DNA from: Catajapyx aquilonaris
Lineage: Eukaryota
Length of the DNA stretch: 20,000 bases
Assembly (NCBI GenBank): GCA_000934665.2
Contig: JYFJ02001515.1
Coordinates: 57,777-77,776 of the forward strand
Reading direction: 5' to 3'
The position numbers were made by a program, and so were the translations under genes. The notes beneath the pieces are model-generated. The model was not told the DNA's origin, searched no databases, and worked only from the letters and a program-made list of their open reading frames with translations. Of this stretch, positions 9,841 to 20,000 are shown one piece after another. The stretch's first letter is position 1. Every line of letters starts with the position of its first letter.

Positions 9841-11260
9841 AGGCCCCCCCCCGCACCCCCAAAGCTGTTTTTTTTTTAAATAACCACATCAAGTTCTTGG
9901 AGCATTTGTGTGCAATTTTTGAGTGAATGGTGAGTGGGCACAAAAATACAGAATCAATTTTTTTAATTTTTTTTCTTCCTAACAAGAATAAATTTCGCAC
10001 ACCCAACCACGTAAAAACCATGATTAATTATTTTTATATAAAAAAAAGTACAGTCTGAGAACATTTTTTTTTTAATGCACTTAAATCTTCATATCAATGA
10101 GACAGATGTCAAGCCGCAGTGCTTTAAGTTCACACAAGATCAATAACCCTTCATGTGGGAGGATTAAGTCAATATTCTTATATATACAGAGTAATTACAA
10201 AATGTGTGAATGAAGTGCAAATATATTGACATAATTAAGACTGACTTCTGGGGAGGTGCGGACAGGTTGTTTTTTTTTTGTTGTTGTCAGGGGGGCTATA
10301 CTTCGATTATACGGAACTTTTCGATTGCACTTGTTAACATTGGTTCCCACAATGTCTGAATGGCTGTGAAGGAAATGAAGAAAAAAAGCAAGGAAAAGAG
10401 GTCACTTTAAAAAAAAAAATTTAGAGAGGCACCCATTCGGTTGTTCGTCTAAATTTTTTCTTAACGAGCTCAATTGCGTGCTAATCTTTCATGTTCGACA
10501 TTCTTTGTGGGGAAAATGGGTACAAGTAATAATTGGCTTCACTTTTAATAGTGATCAATGTATTCGTAAAGCCTTGTTGAAATATTATTATTATTATTTC
10601 TTGTTTGTTAAAAATATTTGGATTCTATTAGTTGATCAGTGTATTCTTAAGCCTTGGTTAAATTTTATATATTTTGTCATTTTGTTATTCGGATGTTGTG
10701 GTTGGGACCTTTGACCTTTTTTTTGGAGGTTGCGAGTTAAATTGAACGATGTGTTCAATTGTAAAGTAAGAGTGTCCCAATTACTTGCATTTTTAGCAGC
10801 AGATTTTTTTCCAGAATCCCTGCGAAGATTTTGAGAAGAGCGGAGGAGAAGGATTAGGGCTGATGTTGCCATTTTAGTTATTCAGTTTGTTTTTTTACTC
10901 CGTGTGCATATGTGCCAATGTTTCATCACAATTTTTTTAAAAAAAGCTGTTCTAATTATGTGTGTGCTTGCTTATTAATAAAGTAGCACCCATCTGAAAT
11001 CTGGTACATTTGTCTGCGTTATGGAGTTTTTTTGCTCCTCTTTGCTGCTTTATTGTATATTCAGTGTTTTTACTTATTTATGGTCAAACACTCAACACCT
11101 TGTAAGGATTCTTGTTGCGACTAATAAAAGAGAATATGTTTTCAAATGTAAACATACTTGTGCACATTGACAACTCTTTATTGTCACAATTTGAAACAGT
11201 CAACTAATCCAAACTTTATACAATACACCAGGAGAGGTACGTCTTTTGTGATGTGTTTGT

Positions 11261-12500
11261 CTACTTCTTGGCCTTGCCTTGGGCTGCCACAGCCTCAATA
11301 GCCTTCCGCACAGTTTCCTCATCCCCGAGGAACTTCATCGACACCACAGGCTTGAAGTTTGCATCTAGCTCGTAGACAAAGGGGATGCCAGTGGGAAGGT
11401 TCAGGCCCATTATGGCCTCGTCAGACATCTCTGAAAATATAGATGCAATTGAAGTGCTGCGAGTGTGGCAAGTCGCATGTTAGTAACTGAACTCACGGTC
11501 AAGATGCTTGACAATCCCTCTGAGGCTGTTCCCGTGGGCAGCGATGAGGATCTTCTTCCCTGCCTTCATGGCTGGCACGATAGTGTCATTCCAGTAGGGG
11601 AGGGTCCTCTCTATGGTTAGCTTAAGCGACTCAAACATGGGGAATTTGTCCTTGGGTGGGCCCTCCTTGTAGCGGGGGTCCTCCATAATGGTCTTGTAAT
11701 AAGGGTTAGCGGGCTCAATGGGCGGTGGTGGGACATCGAAGCTGCGCCGCCAGATCTGCACCTGGTCCTCCCCATACTTCTTAGCCGTCTCAGCCTTATC
11801 CAGACCCGTGAGACCGCCATAATGACGCTCATTCAAGCGCCACGTCTTATGCACAGGGATCCCTGTCTGCCCCGTCTCCTCCAGGATGGACTGGAGGGTC
11901 TTTTGGGCACGAGTCAAGACAGAGGTATGAGCCTCATCGAACTTGTAGTTTGACGCCTTCAGAGCTTTGCCAGCTGCCTTGGCTTCTTCAATACCTGGAC
12001 AAGGACACATTCAATTTAGTATAAGTTCACATGCATACTTCAGTTTAAAAAATAATTTCATAGGTACAGTACATATTGTGTGAGCTGCAATAATTTGTTC
12101 TTAACCTTTTCAATGAAGGCTGGTTAATTGGCCATGTCGTATTATGCAATAAAGGTCAGCAGTTCATATGATAAACTCATGCCTGATGTAATCATACGGG
12201 CAAATACTATGACGACATATGCGACATGAATGATAATGTGATGCTGATGTAACAGGTAACTCCGGAAGCTATTAACCCAACTATAGGCAACTTCCATAGT
12301 TCCAATAGCCATGCAATAGTCGACCGAAACCGGTGGAGAGGTCAATGAAGGTCACACCTTTTTTTTCTTTTTAATTCGAATAAATTGTTCTGCATTGTAC
12401 CTTTCGGGCTGAGATTGGCGTCGAACCATCCGCAGAAGAGATTCTTCTGGTTCCACTCGCTCTCACCATGTCGGACCATCACGATCACGTACTTGGACAT
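11261..12500 (-). CDS. PGAM: Cofactor-dependent phosphoglycerate mutase (dPGM), 255 aa
   Basis: Exons 12500-12401, 11994-11497, 11430-11261 (768 nt). Catalytic VRHGESEWN, plus [39 protein letters not shown] and [16 protein letters not shown] on the minus strand at 11182-11177. Confidence 0.97.
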
Positions 12501-12766
12501 CTTCGAAACCTTTCAACAGAAGCCCTTTTTGCCCTTCGCCTGAACGTGAATGGAACACCAACAGCAGCAGCAGACGACGTTTCTATTGGCAAACAGCGGA
12601 TACCACGCTAATTACTAATTAAACCCCTCTTAATTTTTTACAGAGCTACTGGTTCTAAGCCATTTTTATAGCATAAAACCCCCCGGATATTGTTTTAATG
12701 TTTTTTTAAAAAATAAATTGTTGTGTTATGATTGGCAACAGTGGATGACGTCACTTTTTGGCAAAG
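12501..12766. promoter_or_regulatory. Compact bidirectional promoter PGAM/BORCS7 with a perfect CRE and two CCAAT boxes
   Basis: Only 266 bp separate the divergent ATGs. TGACGTCA at 12746-12753; ATTGG at 12585-12589 and 12731-12735; YY1-like AAGATGGCG overlapping the BORCS7 ATG. Confidence 0.6.
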
Positions 12767-13270
12767 ATGGCGTCTGCAAGTAGCACAAGTGCGAAGAATC
12801 TTTTCTTGGATTCCAAAATGCGGCTGGTTGACAGGGTCCAAGTGAATGTCAACAACATGGGATCTATAGCCAGGCAGATCCTTAGGGGATCCAAGTCCAG
12901 TGAGGTGCATTACATTACATACAAATGCTTAAAATTGACTTTCTTTACAGTGTAAGTGGCTAGTGGCCAAATTCTGCAGCAAATTAAATGTCATTTTCTT
13001 GCAATTTTCAGAATTTGATGCATACTGCAAGGAACTTTGCACTTCAAGAACATGCCATGGAGAATTCTGAAGCTGTAAGTTGCGTTGGGTCGATTCGAAC
13101 GTAAGACCAGCTACTATTTGGCACGTGATGCATTTTTCCCCCCAACATTTCAGAACCTTCGCAAGATGTCAGTCCTGATAACCCACCTGGGCTATCAGCA
13201 GGAGGCCATCCAAAAAAACGCCCAGTTCCTGGAAGAAGTCAAAGAGCAAGTGCGTGCCATGCAGCGATGA
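12767..13270 (+). CDS. BORCS7: BLOC-1-related complex subunit 7, 105 aa
   Basis: Exons 12767-12904, 13012-13074, 13154-13270 (318 nt, phase-0 introns). Sequence SIARQILRGSKSSE/NLMHTARNFALQEHAMENSEA/NLRKM...HLGYQQEAIQK matches the BORCS7 (C10orf32) family pattern and size. AATAAA at 13287-13292. Confidence 0.9.
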
Positions 13271-13416
13271 TGTGGTTGTGCAATGAAATAAAATGGCAAC
13301 CGCTTTTAGGTGAGGATAAGCAGACTTGATAAAACAACTGCCGTAACTGTATTGTTCACTTCTTTTTTTTTTTGTACCGGCATGAGCTTAGTATAAAAAA
13401 GGACACTTAAGTGTAG

Positions 13417-16400
13417 TTAAAAACCATCTTCATGTCTGTTGGATGGTAGGAGCCTGAATCCGCCGCCCACAAACCGACCCTGCGGTATTATGGGGGGCAA
13501 GAAACGTGGTGGCTTTGTCTTCAGTGACTTCTCCCTCTTGAGCAGGTCACGCTCCTTCTCACGTATCATCTCCTCATACTTTTTCTGGAAAGAGTATGCA
13601 ATTGCTGTCACATGTGTTGGGGGGGAACTGTGTTCTACAATAATACTAATTTTGAACTTGGCGTGATAATTTAAATATTAATATTGAAAATGCACTGGTT
13701 GCATGATGGCGATTTCATACCTTCTGGAAGTACTTCTTCTTGATTTCGTGCATCTCTTTGGCAAGCCCAGCCAGATCTTCCTTGTACAGTTTCGATTGCC
13801 CTGTCTGAGCCAGCAGCTCTCCGTGTAGGCCCCGCACCTGCCTTTCCTTTTCCCGCAATAGTGATTTGTACCTGTGCACCTCGTCGGCTAACTCAGGACC
13901 GGGTGCCCTCAGGAGGATTCTCCGGAGCTCCACGTATAAGCGTTCCTTTTCACGTATCATCTGCTCCTTTCTCACCGCCTCCTCCGACTTTGCCAACAGG
14001 CGGCGCTGAAGGGATCGGATCTATTCCGAAATGAAACAGCAAACACCATAATTAGTATGAAAACCCCCCTTTCGATCAAATCTTCAAAGAAAATCTGTAC
14101 CTTTTCAATGAGATCCATGGATGTTGGATCTGTTCCTTGCAATCGTCTCCACCTGTGCACGTTGAGCGGGTTCTGCAGCTGATCCTCCAGCGCCTTGGTT
14201 CTTGCCCTTTCCTTGACGAGGTTCTTGTGCAGTCGGAACACTTCCTTCTGGAGTGAAGACAGATTGGCAACGCTGGTGGCCAGCACTGTCTTGTCCCTCC
14301 TCAGCCTTCGAACCTCCATCTTGAGCACCCGGATGTCCTCGATTCGTGCCTCGTACTGCGACTCGCCTTTAGCCAGCGCCCCCTCCTGGATCTTGACCTT
14401 TTCGTAGAGGAGAGTCAGCTCGTCGTTACGACGCACGAGCTGCGTGCCGAGAATGTCTCGCTCGTTCATGATCTTCTCCATCTGCTCCCTCTGTCGGCGC
14501 TTCTCGCGCTCGGCCTCCAGGATGATCTTTTCCAGGCGGTTCTGCTCCGCCTGCAGGGCCTCAATGTTGCTCTTGCAAGCGGCTGTCTCTTGACGGAGCC
14601 GATCCAGGTCAAGGCGAAGCTTCTCCTTCTCCTGCTCCACACGCTCATGATCTGTAGCAAAATAGATTCAAGACTCAATTTGGCCCACATGTGACCGACA
14701 TTTTAAGAGATGCCATTCATTGTTGATTTAATGTTGCCGACAGTGAATTACAGCAGAAAAATCTTACCGAACTTCTCCTTGAGCAGCAACTCATCCTTTG
14801 ATGTGATCTCTTCTTTCATCTGGCTGATCTGATGCGTCATTACTCGCAACTTCTGCGTCATCTCGGATATTTCATCCTGCCAAAAGAGAACGTAGGAAGT
14901 GCATGCATGTCCGCATGATTTTTTTTTTTTTTTAAAGAGGAGTTGCATGTGCTAAACCTGAGCTTCAGCGTAGTTTTTGGAGTACGTGTTCCTCTCTGTG
15001 CGTGTGTTCTCGTATAGCAGCTCCTGGTACTTGAGCTTGTGCTCTAGCTCGGTAAGTTTCTTCCTCCCTTCGAATATATCCAGCTCGGTCATCTTGAGCT
15101 CTTCCATCATCATGGCCAGCTTGTGGGACAGACTCTGGACGTCACCTACGTACCTACGAGGAGGAGAAAGGAGAGGTAGATTAAGCGGCAACGGACGACG
15201 TAACGCACGCACTTGTCTCTGTCCTTCTCAAGGGTGAAGATCAGCTTCCTCTGCTTAGTGCTCTCGTTCTTGTAGTTGCTGATCTCATGCTCAAGGTTGA
15301 TTTTGGCTTGTTCGTGCAGCTTAACCATGTTCATCTGCTTGTCCGTTTGGGCTAGGAGGATGTGGAAAAGCAAGAATTTTGTGAAATTATAAGCAGATTT
15401 GGTGAGGACGTAGATAAAGAATGTTATATTCTGCAGCTTGTTTTGGTTCCTAAACCGTAATTGATGCTAATAAGTACTGAGGCGGACCAATTCTAATAAT
15501 GTGACTCTTTTTTTACAGGTAGCGAGAATGCCATGTCAAGCTGTGGGTGTAATGCTGTCATCATATTCCTGCTGGTTCATGTGGTAACTCCAGCAAGACC
15601 TCAATGAGCAGTGAGGTAATGGGACTCGCTTAAAGTGACAATGTCGTCGGTAAGTTTAATTGAATTTTGGCAGGCTAAAAGCAATCGAAAATGAAAGGCA
15701 CATCTTGTAACTAGTTGTAGCTGTACTTGTGCTTGCGTATTCACTGCCATGAGCACCCGAGATCTCAACATCCTTGTAAGAGAGGCTAATAAAATAAAGC
15801 TTTTACACGAAGAGTTGCCCAAATAATCCTGCTTCACTGACCCTGAGCCTTGAGTACGTTCTTAGCCAGGGCGTCTCGATCCCTCATGAGGTCATCGATG
15901 GCCTTCCTGTTGGATTCTGCCTGCCTGCGATCGCCTTCAATCTTCTTTTCGTAGGTCATGATCTTTGTCTTGTACAAGTCCCTCTCCCTGTCCAACAAGT
16001 ACTTGGCGTCCTCGAGCTGATGCACCCTCTTTTGCGCCGTGTCCTTCTGCTTAACCACCCTGAGCATCTCCTGCCTCACTAGTCCGACCTCCTCTTCCTT
16101 GCTCTTCAGCTCCGACTGCTTCTGGATAGTTTCTTGCATGAGTCTGTCAAGCGTGGTGCCCTGCACCTCGTAGTCATTCTGAAGCTTCTGGAGCTTCTGG
16201 TTGAGGTCGTCAAGCTCACGGGTCTGACCTTCATTCGCCAATTTCTGTTCCTTCAACTGGTTGTCCAAGTTGATAACGACTTCTCCAGAGTGACGAATTT
16301 GTTGGTCCAAGATGTTCATGTCCAACTGCTTGCGTTCCAACTCTTGTCGGACCTCCTTGAGATCCTTCTCGGAACGTTCTTTGCGACGGAGTTCACGGTG

Positions 16401-17525
16401 AATCTCTGCATTTTTCTCCTGCAGAAGAATTTTTGAAATTAGTGCGACCTGGCCTTAATTATTATTTGGTGAATTACTCAACCAGAATCTCAGCGAGCAT
16501 GTTGGACACTTGTCCCTCCATTTTTTCCTTCTCCTTCTCAAACGCAGCTTGCTTGTCCAGAACAGCGGTGAGCTGCTCCTTCAATCGTACAACATCCAAC
16601 AGCAGCGCATCTCTTTCCTTTTTGAGCTCATCCCTCTGCCGCCTCATCTCACGCACCCTGTTGCATATGAAATGACCAAGTCAATATGTATTTTTATTTA
16701 CAGAGGTAGCGGAGACGTACGTGTCCTGATCTCCTGTGAGGTTGAATCCCTGGTCGATGGCCCTGTTCAGATTGACTACCTCTGTCTTGAGGCTGTCGAT
16801 GGTCTCAGCAGCATCCCTCTCTCGCAGGCTTGCTTGGTCCAACATCTTCCAAGCCTTCTCCATTTCCGCTTTCAGGGAAGTGATGGTCTTCTGATCCTCC
16901 CTGGTCAGCTTCAGAGCTGCAGTCACCTTGGCTGCGTTAGCAGCCATATCTGCCTGCAGCTTCTTACATTTAGTTAAGAGACGCCTCTCGTTGGTCTGAC
17001 CCTTCTGCAGAGCATCAAACACCTTCTGGTACTCATCCCGGAACATTTCCATATCTTTCTGCTGGGAGAGGTCATCCAGGACTCTCTGAAACTCCTTTTC
17101 CAGAGCAGCATATGCCTCCATGTGGTGCTCCTGGAGTTCATCATCATCCGTTTGCTCTGTATCCGGCTGTTCGTCATCAGACTACGGAAGTAAAAAGAAA
17201 ATTTGTAAGACAATCATTATGCAATAATAGTAATACGTACCGATGAACCCGAACCGGAGAAACTCCCAGTGTCGGTAAGATTACTAGGTTTGTTCCCTTT
17301 CATAGAAAAGTTGGATGGTTTTCGAGTCCCTTCGGTTGATGGTGTTGGCTGAGATGTTGTTGATCCAGCAGTAGCTCCTTCTGAAGGCTGAGTCGTACTA
17401 GCCGTTGATGGTGGAGCTTCATCTTGTGGCGGTGCAGCTTCTTCAGCCGGCTGCGGCGGAGTCTCTCCATGACTCTCAGATTTAGGAGGCTGTTCATCCC
17501 CAGCTTGACCTTCCTCGTCAGCCAT
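13417..17525 (-). CDS. CFAP58: Cilia- and flagella-associated protein 58 (CCDC147), long coiled coil, about 986 aa
   Basis: Ten exons: 17525-17241, 17181-16721, 16657-16483, 16418-15842, 15351-15213, 15153-14958, 14876-14768, 14651-14101, 14020-13721, 13584-13417 (2961 nt, in frame). Family motifs ERDILGTQLVRRNDELTLLYEK, PLNVHRWRRLQGTDP, LLRAPGPE, RFVGGGF. Confidence 0.92.
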
Positions 17526-17911
17526 TTCTTATTAATTGTCAAACCTATCGTCACCATGTTAGCCAAGTTGTCTGTTGTATTGATATAGATTTATATTATT
17601 TACCTCCCAAAATTTCCTCCTGAACTTCTTCACATGGTCACTGATGTCCGCCTAAATATACGGATAAACAAACACTGGGACCATCAGGTCTTTGGCCACA
17701 AAAATCCGCTCTCGATTTTTTTTTCTTCCTCCAATTCCTCGACCACAGGCAAAACCATGGCAACATGTTGGGTCGATTTCAAAGTTAGCGCCCCCCGATC
17801 GGGTTATCTTTTTTTTTTTAATGTGGGGGTGGATGTGGGGTGGCGTCGTCAGGGGTGTGGACAGAGAGTGGGGTGCTGCAGTGGGTGCCCATATTTTTAT
17901 TCAGTGTGAGG

Positions 17912-19429
17912 ATGGCTTGTCTGGCAGCGAGAGCGTGTGTGAGCCTTTTGAGGCGACCCAAGGCCGTCGTTAAGATCTTCGGGGCAGCACAGTGTCCGCC
18001 CCTGGTGTCTTACAGGGGCGTAGCAATGGGAGCAGGTACACGCAATAACAGGTGCATCGGTACCGTATGTGCAGATACGGTGAGGGCGCCAAATTTGAAT
18101 TTTCCGTATTGTTGGAGCCAACAATGTGGCATCACTGTTTTGCTACATACAAAACTGTACGTGTAATGTACTACACTGCAGACGAATGGCCTTGTGAAGT
18201 TCCGGGATTCTGTAAGAACGAGGCAATGCGATGCGGCTAGATGAACTTCACTGCCAGTCGTAGGGTATCAAAAGGCTGAATCTGTTAATGATAAGGCTGA
18301 GTCTGGCCGGTTTTAACCAGATTTGCTGATCTCAAGGGGTCACTCAATTTGTGTTTATAAACTTCCTTAATTTAAAGCTTCAGGGTGGAGATATGTATGT
18401 GCACGTATATTAGGCAAGTTCGTTGCACCACTCGTGTGCGATCATGTGCGTGGAAAGTATTAGTGGCTAATGAAATCGTGAATAAAAATAACTCAAACTG
18501 TTGGACCCGAAGAAAATGTCCTTGGCAGATAGTTTAGAAGGGGGCACTGAAAGGTTACCATTTGAGATTGTTCCTTTAATTAATTAATTTTTTTTTCCAT
18601 TCAGTTTTCATGAGGCCCCAAACCGTTAACAACAATTTTGATAAGGATCCGTCGCAGATGACCAATGAAGAATGGGCAAGGAGGCTCACTCCGGAACAAT
18701 ACTTTGTCTGTCGTGAGAGAGGGACTGAACCTGTAAGTATATAGGTATATCTTGCCGCTTATACGGAAGCACAGCTGACATTGCTATGTAACTAGCCTTT
18801 CAGTGGACAGTACTACAATCATGAAGCGGAAGGACTGTACCATTGTGTGTGCTGCGGAGAGGAACTCTTCAGCTCCAAAACGAAATATGATTCTGGTTCA
18901 GGTTGGCCCTCCTTTTTCGAGGCACACAACCCTGAAAATGGTGACAATGGGAAGGACAGCAGTGTGCTGCAGCGAACTGATATGTCTCACGGAATGGTCA
19001 GGACTGAGGTGATGTGTAAAAAGGTACTTATAAACTCTTTAATTTTTCATAGTGCATTCATCTACACATATTAGAGACCAGATTTGTAGAGAATTGGCTC
19101 CTTGATAGACACATTTCACAATAATGTTTGTTGGATGCTGCTATCTTTGAAGAGTCTATTTAACTTATGTCTTATCAATACCAATATTGACTCTTCTTAT
19201 TATGTGGAATGTACTGATATGATGCATTTTTCATTTTACTTGAAAACGTGACCCTGACAACATGCAGAATGTAGGTGACTTATTGATTAAATACTTACCT
19301 TTCTGCACCTTTCAACAGTGCAATGCTCACTTGGGACATGTGTTTGACGATGGACCAAAGCCGAGTGGACTCCGCTTCTGCATCAACAGTTCCTCCCTCA
19401 AATTCATTCCCAAAAAACTAAGCAAGTGA
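17912..19429 (+). CDS. MSRB2: Methionine-R-sulfoxide reductase B2, predicted mitochondrial, 196 aa
   Basis: Exons 17912-18035, 18605-18732, 18796-19023, 19319-19429 (591 nt). Exon 1 ([23 protein letters not shown]...) is Arg-rich with no acidic residues and ends in phase 1, matching the 18605 acceptor. Motifs LTPEQY, GTEPPFSG, Zn-binding CVCC and [21 protein letters not shown], and catalytic RFCINS. YHCVCC and the EAH-insertion resemble vertebrate MSRB2. Confidence 0.9.
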
Positions 19430-19736
19430 TTGGCCCCACAAACAGAGACTAAGTGAGGCGCCTTCTTCCAAAACCCGATAAATCCAAGATAAATGGTTCC
19501 GAGATAATTGAGAAAAAGCTGTGGTGCCGAAGCTAATTAATATTACTAGACCGGCCCAAGTCCATCTGCTACATATGTGGATGCTGCATATGATGAGCTT
19601 TTCCAAGAAAATGATCAACATCGTCAAGTCGTAGTTTCAGGAATAGTCGTTGTGGATATATCGATTTTTGCTGCAAAGAGAGTGGATTTGGCGGTTTTTG
19701 CAGCATTGAGGATGAGGCACAAAATATATGGGCGAG

Positions 19737-19980
19737 TGGCCTTCCGCTCGATTTGCCTGAAAATCGGATATGTTGTAGCCCAGACCATCCTGATCAATGT
19801 TGGATAGGGACATTGTGAGGTAGGACCTACAGGGAGCGTGCTTTTGACCTCCGAAGGTCATATGGGATATGCTCTGGTTTTCCGTTCGATTTGGCTGGAA
19901 ATTGGATATGTTGCAGCCCAGACCATCCTGATCAATGTTGGATAGGGACATTTCGAGGTAGGACCTACAGGGAGCATGCT
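19737..19980. repeat. Two ~106-bp direct copies at 138-bp spacing; probable non-autonomous transposon or satellite unit
   Basis: 19737-19842 and 19875-19980 share GCCCAGACCATCCTGATCAATGTTGGATAGGGACATT and GAGGTAGGACCTACAGGGAGC exactly. A hairpin TGACCT-CCGA-AGGTCA (19845-19860) lies between them. Confidence 0.85.
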
Positions 19981-20000
19981 AATTGCTATTCATCGAAGAG

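Noticed and set aside
15352..15841. Possible intronic C/D snoRNA (ATGATGA on the minus strand near 15560)
   Set aside because: No matching CTGA D box or terminal stem at a suitable distance downstream.
18397..18553. Arg-rich ORF ([10 protein letters not shown]...) or [10 protein letters not shown] as MSRB2 coding exon 1
   Set aside because: The first stops at 18535-18537, and the second is out of phase with the 18605 acceptor. Exon 17912-18035 fits in phase.
19427..19460. TGA of MSRB2 as selenocysteine or a readthrough codon
   Set aside because: It falls at the normal family C-terminus, the catalytic site is already Cys, and I could not recognise a SECIS element.
19637..19951. 104-aa ORF with an internal peptide repeat
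   Set aside because: A by-product of the 138-bp (multiple of 3) DNA repeat, with no evidence of coding function.

Overview
Gene-dense, intron-containing eukaryotic DNA from an invertebrate, most likely a non-dipteran arthropod (inferred from the insect-like PGAM/PEBP, retained Rab28 and MSRB2, and mostly 55-110 bp GT-AG introns). Manual splicing gives eight protein-coding genes with phase-consistent exons: PEBP copy A (-, cut by the left edge), PEBP copy B (-), RAB28 (+), a TTC31-like TPR-UBA-RRM-CCCH protein (+), PGAM (-), BORCS7 (+), CFAP58 (-) and MSRB2 with a mitochondrial-presequence exon (+). They form three head-to-head pairs. There is also a 35-bp minisatellite and a 138-bp-period repeat at the right edge. 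I found no prokaryotic-type system, CRISPR array or RNA gene. The most notable points are (i) the chaperone/ubiquitin/RNA-binding domain combination in the TTC31-like protein, (ii) most genes have human homologues lying beside NK-homeobox cluster remnants, suggesting ancient linkage, and (iii) divergence of the tandem PEBP copies at a known specificity position and at the N-terminus. Gene identities come from recalled motif similarity, not database searches.
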